From: Octopus vulgaris
Taxonomy: Eukaryota
Direction: 5' to 3'
DNA length: 64,000 nt
NCBI GenBank assembly: GCA_951406725.2
Contig: OX597818.1
Coordinates: 113,646,001 to 113,710,000 of the forward strand
Positions 32,412 through 45,937 of this stretch are shown in pieces. Positions within the stretch are counted from its first letter, which is position 1. The number at the start of each line of letters is the position of its first letter. The position numbers and the translations under genes were made by a program. The notes under the pieces were generated by a model that saw only the letters and a program-made list of their open reading frames with translations, did no database searches and was not told the origin of the DNA.

Positions 32412-35400
32412 GTAAGATCTTTATTTAGACTCTCTCGTCTACTAATTACGTGGAGAATCGCTTCTCTGAGTTCCTTCTTCTCCCAAAAGAGTCATCGTTG
32501 TCCACAGCCAGGAAATAAAATTGTTATTCTTTACTTGTGTCAGTCATTGGACTACGGTCATACTGGGGCACAGTCTTGAAAGGTTGGGTACTACTTGAGA
32601 ACAGTGGTCCCGGTGCGCGCACTCGCGTAGTCGCGCATCCGCGCTAGCTAGTCGTGACTAGTCGATCCTACAACGACTACCTAGCAAAGTAAATAAAGCA
32701 CAAAATAAATAATTTTTTAAACAAAGTAAATAACACGCAAAAACACAAAGTAAGGATCAACTAGTCATGACTAGCTAGCGCGAATACGCGAGTGCGCGCA
32801 CCGGGACCACTGTTCTCAAGTAGTACCAAGGGATTTTAGTTGAACAAATCGACCCCAAGACTTTATTGAAGCCTCTGTTAGTAAATCTTTTGCCGAACCG
32901 CTAAGTTACGGGACATAAACACTTCACCACCAGTTGCCATGTGTTGGTGGGGGATAAACTCAAACACAAAGGAGTTGGGTTACGTCTCCGCCATGTACGC
33001 CGATAGATGCATACACACTACGACCGGCTTCTTTCAGTTTCCGTTTACCAAATTTACTCACAAGGCTTTGATCGACCCGTGTCTATTGTAGTCACTTGCT
33101 AAATACGCAACGCATTTTGATTGTACCCGGAACAACGTTTACTCTCTAAAGAGGAGGTCAATAGTTTGGAATATTATTATAATATATGTGACTCCTCTCA
33201 ATCATTAAATCATATTGGCTAATTATTTAAACACCCGTGTGTCTAATACACGTGGCCATGCCTACAAAGTCAGAAAACAGCACAGCTCAGATAACTTTCG
33301 GAAACATTTTTTTTTTTTTGACACTCAGAGTTGCTGAAGCATGGAACAAACTACCTGTATCTGTTGTTAGCTGCCAAAACATTGCATCCTTTAAAACCTC
33401 CATGCTTCCTGAAATTCACCAACACCACACCTGATATCCCTCCCCTCCAATGCATGTACACCTGTATATCATGACTCTTACACTGTTCACTTTCCTGATT
33501 TTTGTACATAATTCTATGTACTGTACATGCACCTGAGCATGATACACAATAATTTCATTATTATTATTATTATTATCAAAACCTGTTTGGATAGGTAGCC
33601 TTTGACTTTTTCTGTCCAAAATTGATTTTTACTACCCAATATTTGCGTACTATTAATTATAGTTCTATGTGATGTGCTTGAAGAGCTTCTGTTCCAATAA
33701 ATAAATATATATATGTATGTGTGTACGAGGTGGTATCATAAAATTTCAGGCCTAGTTATGTTTAATAAAAAATAACTTATTTATCTAAGTTTTAACATCC
33801 TTTCCTTCGAAATGTTCATCTTGCGCAACAATGCACCGACCCCAGCATTGTTGGAATGTGGCCTGGAAGTTGAGCACTTTCTGTGATGTGTTCTGGATCC
33901 TGACAACAGAGTTAAAATGGTCACCTTTGAGCTACATTTTCATCTTGGGGAAGAGATGAAAGTCTGCAGGCAAATAGGGCAGGTGCAGCAGAGATACCTT
34001 GTTTTTGACAAGAAACTCACAGGTGAGGAGAGCCCTGTGACAGGGGGCATTGCTGTCTTGATGAATCCAATTCTTTGAACCCCACAGAGTCAGTCGCTTT
34101 CACTAAACGTCTCCCCCTCAAACACTTCAAAACATCACAATAGAACTCTCAATTGACAGTCTGGCCCTGGGGGGTTGAATTCTCAATGCACAATGCCACA
34201 GATGTCAGAAAAAAAAATGATGAGCTCTGTCATGCCTTCTTCAGTCTTGGAGATAAAGGTCTCTTCCATCGTCATGACTGTTGCTTCATCACCTGAAGCT
34301 TGCCGAAACATGCTCAATGTCTCTATAGCAGACTTCCCATGTTTAATGCAAAGTTTCATGTTCACTCTTTGATCCAACTTCCTGTCCATGACAAAATCGC
34401 AGACTACAGCATACACACGTGATCCAAAACCATAAATTTCACAACTTGCAAAGTAAACACAGCGATGTCACTCAGCACACTGAATCATGAAGGTCCCTGC
34501 TAGCACTCACTGCACATGCAATCATGTGCTGCCACCTGTTGGCATGCTACAGAACTAGTCCGGGTACTTTTTGATACCACCTCGTATGTGTATGTGTGTG
34601 TGTATTTGTTTGTCCCCGCCATACTGCTTGAAAACAGGTGTTGGTTTGCTTACATCCCTGTAGCTTAGTATTTTGGCCAAAAGAGATCAATAGAATAAAT
34701 CATCATCATTTAACGTCCGCTTTCCATGCTAGCATGGGTAGGACGATTTGACTGAGATCTGGTGAACCAGATGGCTGCACCAGACTCCAATCTGATCTGG
34801 CAGAGTTTCTACAGCTGGATGCCCTTCCTAACGGCAACCACTCCGAGAGTGTAGTGGGTGCTTTTTACGTGCCACTGGCACAGGGGCTAGTCAGGCGGTA
34901 CTGGCAACGGCCACGCTCAAGTGGTGTTTTAATAAATAGTAGACAGAAAAAAAATTAATTAAGTGCTGGGGTTGATTTGTTCAACTAAACACTTCAAGAT
35001 GGTGCCCCAGCATGGCTGTAGTCATCATCAGCATCATCATCGTTTAACGTCTGCTTTCCATGCTGGCATGGGTTGGATGGTTCGACTGGGGTCTGGGAAG
35101 CCAGGAGGCTGCACCAGGCCCCAATCTGATCTGGTAGTGTTTCTACAGCTGGATGCGCTTCCTAACACCAACCACTCTGAGAGTGTAGTGGGTGCTTTTT
35201 ACATGCAACTGGCACAAGGGCCATAGGAGCTGGTATTGACCATGATTGGATGGTGTTTTTTACCTACCACTGGTGCAGAAGCCAGTCAAAGTGGCACTGG
35301 CATTGGCCACGTTCGGATGGTGCTTTTTATGTGCTACCGGCACAGGACTCACAACTACTATTTCGATTTGATTTGATTTTGATATAGCTGATTTTGATGT

Positions 35401-38400
35401 ACTTGACTCAATAGGTCTCCTCAAGTACGGCATGTCGCCCTATGATTCAAGGGTACTTTTGAGTGGGCTGGTTATCTGACATTGGTGTAGGTTACAGCTG
35501 TAGTCCAATGACTGAAACTCGTAAAAGAGATGCATGGAGGCAATGACCAAGACCTTTGGCATTATGTCGTGCTTGAGAAGAAGATCCATCAAGTTGAGCA
35601 AAATTGCTGTTGTGGCAGATACTGGTGTCACACGAATTGGCACCTGTGCTGGTGGCACGTTAATGCACCTCTGTGTCATGCAAATGGCACCTGTGCTAGT
35701 GACATGTAAAAGCACCCATTACGCTCTCAGAGTGGTTGGTGTTAGAAAGGGCATCCGTTTATAGAAAACCATGCCAAATCAGACTGGAGTCTGGTATAGC
35801 CTTCCAGCGTGCCAGCCTGGTCAAACCGTCCAACCCATGCCATCATGGACAACGGACGTTAAATGATCGTAATGATGATGATATATATATAGACACACAT
35901 ACGGAGCGGCAGTGTTAAGCAGTGATGTGTATTAATACAAACTTGTTGTCAGTTCAAATATGCTTGAAGCATATTGAAATCCATAAGAAATCTATTCCTC
36001 ATATTTTGTGATGGAGAAAATTTCTATACGCATCACTGCTTCAACTTTGTTCTGGTATCTTTTGCAATTAAACTGGTATGAAGCTGCATCAGTCCTTACC
36101 CTCCCCTTGGACAATATCAGTGTCTTGGAAAGAGAACACTTGCTACATGGCCCACTGCTCGTCTTCCATACAGTCTTGCTACGGCCTGCACCCTACAGGA
36201 GACCTGCCAGCATCACCTCACCACATTCTCCTTACACAAACGGAAGCAAGACTTCCTTGGTTTGTTGATCCATCGTCTCATGAGAAATACAGATGCCAAA
36301 GACAGAAGATTATATGAGGGGATTATGTACAGTAATGTGCCTTGCTAAGTCACAAGGAAATGCTTGTAGATGATTCCTGGCACTTCTTTGTTATTGCTCT
36401 GTATTTCAAATTGAAATAAAATGAATGAAAAAAGAAAAGATATCTGTATATGTCTAAAATTATCATCATCATTATTTTTACACCCACTTCTCAATATCAT
36501 GTGGGTCAGATAGATTGTTTTTAGGCAAATTTTTCTATGGTTGGATACCCTCCTTGTTGTTTACCTTCACTTGTTTCCATGCAAAGTACTGTCTCCCCTT
36601 GGCTAGATGTTTGTGCATGATATTTGAAATGTATGACAACTCTTGTTTGACTGTGACACTCATTTATAAATATCATGTGGTGACAAGACACACACACACA
36701 TATGTATGTATGTCTTTTTTTTGTCTTGCATGTACTTGGTGACCTTGTCAGTGCACGTGCCACTTAAAAAGCACCCAGTTCACACTAAAGTGGTTGGTGT
36801 TTGGAAGGACATAAAAACCATACCAAAACAGTCACAGAGGTTTGGTGCAGGCTCCTGTCTGGTCAATTTTTTTTTAAATTCTGCTTCTATAAGAAATTAT
36901 TCTTGTTATTAGCAAAGTTTGGATTCGGTCGAGTAACGGAAAAAAGTTGCCTTATATTTAGAAATCAGATACGCCCGAGGTAAAATTTGTGTTTCAGTCT
37001 TCTCTGGTCGGCAAAAGTAATGCACCAAAATTCGACAGATAAATTTGAGGTTTTCTTCCAAAAATCAAAAAGATCGACGAACAAGTGATGAGCTCAAGAG
37101 TTATTTCCCTTGGCCTGAAATTGATTTTTCTTTTTCACCAAAATCCAGATTAATAATTCCGAGTACATTCAATCCATCGTATTTAGCTGCAAAGTTTTGC
37201 CTCGCACTACGCCCCACCCCCCTTTTTCCGTTTTATCCTTTACTGAACCCGTTTTATTTTTAACTTATTTCAATCATTGGACTGCGGCCATGTTGGGGTA
37301 CTGCCTTCGTGTTTTTAGTTAAACGATCGACTCCAGTTCATTTTTTTAAAAAACCTCGTACTTCTTCTATCGATTTCTTTCGCCTGACTACTAGACTCCG
37401 ATTGTCGAGCAGTGTTGAGGGGCAAACGCACAGGTCTATACCATGCTTTATACGATGTTCTTTATACATAAATTTTATCAGTTAACGGTTTGCAGGAATT
37501 GAACAGCTCTGATGAAATCCGACTTTCAAATAATTTTTAATTTTATTAATTAATTTTTTGAAAGGTCTTGAATTGAAAGAGCTGTGTAAGAGATGTTTGT
37601 CAATTTTTTAATGAATAAATAATAATTTATTAATTATCTCTCTATTTTCTTATCTTGTAAAAAGGGGAATCATTGGGAATATAATGAGAATGGATGATAT
37701 TGAGAATGAAGGATGGATTTTAAATGGCAGTAGTTCCAGAAAGAAGGGAAGGTAACAGGTGTCAGAAAGGGAGATGTAATATGTGCATATTCTGCCCTTG
37801 TATAATTACAGCAGCTGAACAACGCTCTAGTTCAGCTGCTGATTGGGTGCAGTGGCAAGGCCCAGTGAAGGTATAGGTCTAAACATAATGCATTTTAAGA
37901 CCTCCCATTTGCTGAGATAGACAGGGCCTCTCAAAAAGGGCAAATCACCTGTCATCTCTTCTGTGAGGCTCAACATCTTGAGATCAGCCTTCACTACACC
38001 ATCCTATGTCTTCCTCGGTTTCCTTCTTTCCCAAGTTCTCCCCATTTTTATTGATTGCTTCTTCTATATACAGGTGTCCTCAACCATATACATTACATGA
38101 CCATACCAGTGTAATCTCTCTTCCACTGCATTTGATTCCCACCTGGTGCCCAATTTTTCTCTTTAATGCATTGCACTTTGTCTTACATGCACACTGATAT
38201 TGCACATGCAATAGAGCACTCTAGCTTCATTCTTTTCCAATTTTTGCATGTCCTCTGCATTCAGGACCCATATCTCTCCACCATGTAGCATTGCTGTTCA
38301 TACACACGTATCACACAATCATCAGTCTTTCACTCTGAATAAAAGAGAGACAGACAGACAGACAGACCTTTTGTTACTAACAGAGGTTATAGCTTTCTAA

Positions 38401-41400
38401 ATTATGACAGTGTGTGTGTGTGTGTGTGTGCATGTTCAACAGTAAGCATCATGAGGGAAAAGCTGGGCATAAGAGGCATCAGATGTGGTGTGCAAGTGAG
38501 ACAACTGCACTGGTATGGTCATGTGTTGTGTATTATGGACAAGGACAGCTGTGTAAAGAAGTGCCAAACTCTAATTGTGGAGGGAAGCTGTGGTAGAGGT
38601 AGACCCAAGAAGACATGGAATGAGGTGATGAAGCATGACCTTTGAACTTTGAGCCTCACAGAGGCAATGGATAGTGATCAAGACCTTTGGTGGTATTCTG
38701 TGCTTGAGAAAACCCATCAAGCCAAGTGAAATTGTAGACATGGCTGTTGTTAGTGTCACTTAACTGGCACCTATGCTGGTGGCATGTAAAAAGCACCTTT
38801 TGTGCATTGGGCATCACGAGGCAAAGTGGCTGAGCTATTTTTGAATGTTCAGCCTCACAGAGGCAATGACCAAGACCTATAACATTATGTTGTGCTTGAG
38901 AAAAAGACCCACCAAGCTGAGCAAAACTGTGACAGATACCAGTGTCATGCAAATGGCACTTGTGCAGGTGGCATGTAAAAGCACCCATTACATTCTCAGG
39001 GTGGTTGGTGTTAGGAAAAGCATCTAGCTGTAGAAACCTTGCCAGATCAGACTGGAGTTTGGTGCAGCCTTCCGGCTTGTCAGCCCTGGTCAAACCATCC
39101 AACCCATGCCAGCATAGACAACAGACATTAAATGATGATGATGGTGATGATGATATATCAGGGTATTAGGAAGGGTATCCAGCCATAAAAATAGACAATG
39201 AAGCCTGGTGCGGCCCTTAACCTTGTCAGTTCCTGTCAAACCATGCCAGCAGGGAAAACAGGCATTAATTGATAACGATGATGATTATGTACACACACAC
39301 ACACACATGTGGCATAATCAACATCATTTTAATGTCCATTTTTGGATGGGATTTTGTTATTACAATTTTCCTATCGCTGGTGCCTGGTCACCAATCCTTA
39401 AGTAAGATAATATATCTCCATGTTAAGGCGGCGAGCTGGCAGAAACTTTAACACGCCAAGTGAAATGCTTAGCAGTATTTCGTCTGCCGCTATGTTCTGA
39501 GTTCAAATTCCGCCGAGGTCGACTTTGCCTTTCATCCTTTCGGGGTCGATAAATTAAGTATCAGTTACGCACAGGGGTCGATATAATCGACTTAATCTGT
39601 TTGTCTGTCCTTGTTTCTCCTCTCTGTGTTTAGCCCCTTGTGGGTAGTAAAGAAATAGGTGTTTTTTCTCTCTTTACGTTCTGAGTTCAAATTCCACCAA
39701 GGTCGACTTTGCCTTCCATCTTTTCAGGGTTGATAAATTAAGTACCAGTTGTGTACAGGGGTTGATCTAATTGACTGGCCTCCTCTCCCAAAATTTTGAG
39801 CCTTGTGCTTAGAGTAGAAAAGATTAAATCTTCATGTGGAGGCATGTTTTTACAGGAAAATGGAAATGGAGTCCCTGCTTGCATGACAAGGACATTCATT
39901 TACCAGAATCACACAAGGAGCCAATAAAACACACACATAAACTCAAAGATACACACACGCACACACACACACAAACTCCAAAGCTATACACATATATACA
40001 TTCAGAAATGGCTCCTTCCATCTTCTTCCAAATTCACTCACAAAACTTTGGTTGTCTTAAGAGTTTAGTAGAAGACACTTCCGCAAGGTGCCACACCATG
40101 GGATTGAACCTAGAACCATGTGGTTCGAAAGTAAACTGCTTAACTACACAGCCATGCCTTCACCTATTTATGTATTTTTTTATCTTTTATTTTTACTTGT
40201 TTCAGTCATTAGAATACGGCCATGCTGGGGCAATTCCTTGAAGATTTATTAGTCGAATAAACTATCCCCCGTACTTGTTTATTTTTTAAAAACCTGGTAC
40301 TTATTCTATCAGTCTCTTTTGCCAAACTGCTAAGTTATGGAGACAAACACACCAAGGCCAGTTATCAGGTGGTGGTAGTGGTGGAGGACAAACACACACA
40401 CACACATATACGATAAGCTTCTTTCGGTTTCCTTTACCAAATCCACTCAAGGCTTTGGCTGAGCTCAGGCTATAGTAGAAGACACTTGCCCAAGGTGCTG
40501 TGCAGTGGGACTGAACCTGGAACCGTTTAGCTGAAAAGCAGACTTCTTACCACAGAGCCACACCTACGCATGTGTGGGTGTGAGTGTTTGTAGGAAAAGG
40601 TTTGTCTGGATGTATTTCATGTGTTTAGGACTCTATAAACGTATGACCATGTGTGAGCATTAGTTTGGCTGTGTTTAAACTCTTATGTATTTTTGTGAGT
40701 ATGTTTATGTGAAGAACACTTGTGTCTGTAGTTATGTACCTATAAAACTCTGTACGTGCGTGTGTGTATGTATGTGTGTGTGTGTGTTTGCTTGCCAGTC
40801 TCAAATCATTCTGCATGTGTCTGTGCAGATTTACGTGTGTGTAAGCGTGTGGAGTGCTCTTTTGCCGATGTTTTGATGGGCGTAGAAGCAAATGTGGGCA
40901 GACAGTGTGACGAGGCTAACTTTTGTCCCCCTTGTGCCCCCATCGCCCCCGCTGCCCTCCCTCCCCCTCCTCCACACAAATAGACACCACCACCTCCTCC
41001 TCCTCTTCCACCCACATTTTACTTAGCTTGTTGATTGTTGTCTGATACTTACTTTGATGAATAATACTAATATTGGATAGAACAACTCCTTTATCACTCT
41101 CCTTCCTTCCCCATCATCTTCACCACACACACACACACACACACACATTCACACACACACACTCTCTCTCTCTCTCTCTCTCTCTCACATTATACACCAG
41201 ACTATATTGTACTGTAAACATCATATACAAAAACAGTCAGTCACTCCTACATGTATATGTTGTACTCACATTCAAATCATTGTTTCAGGCGTTTGACTGT
41301 GGCCATGCTGGAGCACAACCTTTTAGTCGATGAAATCGATCCCAGGACTTGTTCTTTGTAATTCCTAATACTTATTCTATTGTTCTCTTTTAGCGAACTG

Positions 41401-41480
41401 CTAAGTTACGGGGATGTAGACACACAAATATATACCTATGTATGTATATATATATACACACACACACACAAATATATACC

Positions 41481-41524
<44 letters not shown>

Positions 41525-44500
41525 CACACACACACAAATATATACCTATGTAAATATATATACACACACGATGGGCTTCTTTCAGTGTCCATCTACCAAA
41601 TCCACTCACAAGGCTTTGGTTGGCCTGAGGCTATAGTAGAAGACACTTGCCAATGATGCCATGCTGTGGGAATGAACCCAGAACCATGTGATTGGTAAGC
41701 AAGCTTCTTACCACACAGCCACACCTATTCATAATTCCATATAACTACTTATACGCATGCAATTAATGCACTCATTTATAATATATACTTGTGAAGAAGC
41801 ATATATGTAATTACTTTACTTGCTAGAAATAGCAGCCAAATTTCCTTCAAAACACATACACATGTACATCATAATCATTTAACACCAGTTTTCCAGGCTG
41901 GCATGGTTGGATGGTTTGGCAGGAGTTGGCCAACCAGGGAGCTATGCCCGGTTCCATTGTCTGTTTTAGCATAGCTTCTGTGACTCGATGTCCTTCCTAA
42001 AGCCAGTTGGAGTGCACTGAGTGTCTTTTATGCGGTGCCAGCACATCGTGGCGCTGGTGCATACATTCATGACAGGCTCCCACCAAGTTTCTATCTACCA
42101 GACTCCACATAAAAGACACAAAGTGCTACAAAGTGAAATTGAACCTGGAACAATTTTGTTTCGAAGCCAACATCTTAACCCCATAGCTAAGTTCTACACC
42201 CATCACTGAACTTCATTTCTCCTTGCTAAAATGAAATGAGTATCAGCTGGTGTTATTATTGATGTCTATGTGTAGTGTGGAGTAAACTGTGTCATAGTTC
42301 ATCAGCAACTAGGTTTACTGGGTGCTTTTTACATGGCAGCGGCACAGGTGCCTTTTCTGTGGCACCATCACAGGTGCCTTTTCTGTGACAGCATCACAGG
42401 TTCTTTTTCTGTGGCACCATCACGACCGCTTTTTCTGTGGCACCAGCACAACTGCTTTTTCTGTGGCACCAGCATGGGTGCCTTTTCTGTAGCACCATCA
42501 TGACTGCTTTTTCTGTGGCACAAGCACAGGTGCCTTTTCTGTGGCACCATCACGACAGCTTTTTCTGTGGCACCAACACAACTGCTTTTTTTACATGGCA
42601 TCAAAAATAAATTGTCAACTGGTAGGGCTGAATGATATTGACTAAACTGCTCTCCTCAGCATTAATGGCCTTCTGTCTCAATCAAAAAGCCTTCTTAAGG
42701 ATGTAATTTTAATAAAACATAATTCCTTAGTATTTTACATAATGTATGCTGGTGAATACTTTCCTTATCATCATCACCATTGTTTTAGTGACCACCTTTC
42801 CTTGCTTGCATGGGTCAGACAGAATTTGTCGAGGCAGATTTTTATGCAGGTGGATGTTGTTCCTGTCACCAATCCTCACTTGTTTCCAAGTAAGCTAATA
42901 GTTTCCCATGACCTGGCAGGTTTCCACTCTGTATCAGAAATTTAGGGGCAGTGCTTGCAAGATGGCGACACTCGTTGACAACTCTTACATAAAGTCAAAG
43001 CAAGAAGACAGTAATACACACACACAACCCAGAAACACGTCCACAATTAATCGAAGACTGTTTGATTTCGTTAGTTTTCTTTTGCCTATGTGAGTTACAA
43101 ATAATGTTATCTGTCGAGTAATATATGTATTAAAAAAGAATAAGCGGTCTTTGGCTGCTATTTCTAAATTTTTGGTATGTGGTTAAGTAACTTGTTGCTT
43201 AACTCTAATTATATATGTGTGTGTGTGTGTGACAGGCTTCTTTCAGTTTCCATCTACGAAATGCACTGACAAGGCTTTGGTCAGCCCAAGGCTATAGTAG
43301 AAGACACTTGCCCAAGGTGCCACGCAGTGGGACTAAACCCGGAACTATGTGGTTGGGAAGTAAGCTTCGTGTCACATAGCCATGCCTGCACCAATATATA
43401 TATGCAAAGCAGGGTTCTTTCAATCTCCATCTTCCAAATCCACTCACAAGGCTTTGGTCAGCCCATGGCTAAATAGAAGGCACCTAATCAAGGTGCCACG
43501 CAGTGGGACTGAGCCAGGAACCCTGTGGTTGGTAAGCAAGTTTCTTACCACACTGTCACACCTGCACTTTTACTTATAAACATTGTTTTTCTCTTCTGTA
43601 GTGGCACCCTGCCTGGAGGAAATTGGATTGTTGCTGACTTGCTGGAAATCTTCAGATTTTTCCATGAAAGGATGCGAGAAGGAAGTAAAGGCTTTTAACG
43701 AATGCTATGCAGCGTCTCTGGTATGTACTCTCTCCACTAATATCTTTCGATAAAAACTCCGCTATCCATTTTCCTTCTGGAAGATTTTCAAGAAATAACA
43801 TCACTACCACCATCATCACACCCCCATAACCATCATCATCATCTCTTTCATCGTTATTATCCAAACTTTCTTTCTATATTTATCCTACACACTTTACACT
43901 GTACCAACTGTGCAGAAGAACAGCAACTGATGTATGGAACTGGTGCTAAAAAAGCTTCTACAGATAGATACCATTTTCCAAATCTTCTTCATGAAGGCAA
44001 ATAACAAAAAGAAAAATCTAATTAGAATTTTTAACCGTGGCCTATGCCAGTGCAGCATAACCAGCCCATTTAAGAGTACCCTTCAATCATTGGGCAATAA
44101 TCTGCGCTTGCAAAGACCTGTTCAGGCAAGTGAAATCGTTGTGGTTGATAACAGTACTCCCTGATTGGCACCCATGCCAGTGGCACGTAAAATGCACCAT
44201 TCAAGCGTGGTCAATGCCACTGCCACCTGACTGGTCCCGTGCCAATGGCACGTAAAAAGCAACATTCAAGTGTGGTTGTTGCCAGTACCGCCTGACTGGC
44301 TCCCATTCTGGTGGCATGTAAAAAGCACCATTCAAGCGTGGTCGAAGCCAATACTGCCCGACTGGCCCACGTGCCGGTGGCACATAAAAAGCACCCACTA
44401 TACTCTCACAGTAGTTGGCGTTAGGAAGGGCATCCAGCTGTAGAAACATTGCCAGATCAGATTGGAGCCTGGTGCAGCCATCTGGCTTACCAGCCCTCAG

Positions 44501-45937
44501 TCAAACTGTCCAACCCATGCCAGCATGAAAAGCAGACATTAAACAATGATGATGATGTTGTTGTAGTAGAGGAAGAATGCCAAGCTAGTCTTAATCAGTA
44601 AGCCTTTGATGAGAGGTGTTCCAACCATGACCATCCTGTCTTTTATTCCAACAGTGTGTGTTTCTAGGATTCCGTTATGAATTACCATCTTCCTTCTCTC
44701 CAAACAGTGTTTCCATTGATTTCTCTGGTATTTCTAACCTCTTTCATTCACAGTAATTTCATAAGTGTTATTGTTTAACTCCAAGGGAACTCTACTCAGA
44801 TTAATGATCAAAGGCATTCCAACCATGGCCAACCCATCCTCTTAGGAATGTCTCAGATTATACAATATGATGTGGCTGGCATGGCTGTGAGGTAATGGAG
44901 TTCGCTTTGTTACTAAGTGGCTCCAGGTTCAATCCCACTTTGTAGTACCTTGGATGAGTGTCTTCTACCTAAGCCCTGGGCCAACCAAAGCTTTTGAGTG
45001 GATTTCATAGATAGAAACTGAAAGAAGCTTGTTGCAAGCATATGTGTGTGTGTGTGTCTTTCTCTACACTGACAACAAACTTGGGCTGTGCTTGGCCCTC
45101 ACAGGGGCAATGACTGGTGACGGAGGCCTTTGGCAATGTGCTGTGCTTCAGAAGCCCCATCAAGCCAAGTCCACCCATGCTGGTGGCATGTAAAGAACAT
45201 ATTTTGAACATTGGGTTCCTTTCAAGTGTTGGGCCCCATGGAGGCAAAGTGGCTGAGTTCCTTTCGAGCATTGGGCCTCACGGAGGCAATGACCAAGACC
45301 TTTGGGTTTATGTCATGCTTGAGAAGAACCCCCATCAAGCCAAGCAAAATTGCAGTCATGGCAGATACCAGTGTCATGCAAGCTGGCACATAAACACACC
45401 CTGGTGTAACACAAATGGCACCCATGCTGGTGGCACATAAAAGCACCCATTACACTCTTGGAGTGGTTGGCGTTAGGAGTGGCACCCAGCTGTAGAAAAC
45501 CATGCCAAATCAGACTGAAGTCTGGTGCAGCCTTCCAGCGTGCCATCCCAGTCAATCCATCCAACCCATGCTAGCATGGACAATGGACGTTAAATGATGA
45601 TGATGATAAAGCTGATGTCTGGAACATAAATTAGCAAGAAATTTTGATTGAAGGCTTTAGTTTGACCTTTTACTATTTAAACCATATCTGTTGCAAATAT
45701 TCTCCCCATTTTCTACTCCCAAGGGTCTTCTGGTTCTTGGTTGCAAGAAACCACTAACTTCCAGCTTCCTTCACTACTGTTGTTGTTGCTGGTGTTGTTA
45801 CAAACACTTCGAAGTCCCTTCCAAATCTTTTATGTTTCTTACAGAATCAACCTCCTCAAACTGGAAGCAGACTTTCCGCAGCAGAAGTGAACAAATTACT
45901 CAAGAGGTTTCCTCAGCCTCCACACTCATACAAGTAG
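32264..45937 (+). CDS. CHCHD1: CHCHD1 / mitoribosomal small subunit protein mS37 (whole gene span, 3 coding exons, 119 aa)
   Basis: Join of 32264-32411, 43602-43720, 45845-45937 = 360 nt. Basic N-terminus ...LPPILKNSV, twin CX9C motif ([13 protein letters not shown]...[11 protein letters not shown]) and C-terminal VNKLLKRFP (human LNKLLQRFP). Confidence 0.92.
32587..32827. mobile_element. CpG-rich palindromic MITE inserted in a SINE
   Basis: Long TIRs GGTACTACTTGAGAACAGTGGTCCCGGTGCGCGCACTCGCG... / ...CGCGAGTGCGCGCACCGGGACCACTGTTCTCAAGTAGTACC with an A-rich spacer; SINE sequence continues on both sides. Confidence 0.8.
33235..33576 (+). mobile_element. Decayed CR1-type LINE 3' end
   Basis: [18 protein letters not shown]...FK and (TTA)n tail. 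Confidence 0.78.
33726..34584 (-). mobile_element. Internally deleted mariner transposon
   Basis: TIRs CGAGGTGGTATCA..., TA on both sides; transposase N-terminus [36 protein letters not shown]. Confidence 0.88.
38430..39155 (+). mobile_element. RTE LINE 3' fragment
   Basis: [21 protein letters not shown]...[12 protein letters not shown], then the same 3' UTR and tail. Confidence 0.8.
42322..42600 (+). repeat. 26-bp minisatellite, about 10 copies
   Basis: Unit approx. TTTTCTGTGGCACCATCACAGGTGCC. Confidence 0.9.
43602..43720 (+). CDS. CHCHD1: CHCHD1 exon 2 (CHCH domain)
   Basis: ctgtag|TG GCA CCC TGC...TCT CTG|gtatgt; twin CX9C motif. Confidence 0.94.
45845..45937 (+). CDS. CHCHD1: CHCHD1 exon 3
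   Basis: cttacag|[33 protein letters not shown]. Confidence 0.92.
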   Translation, partial: NQPPQTGSRLSAAEVNKLLKRFPQPPHSYK

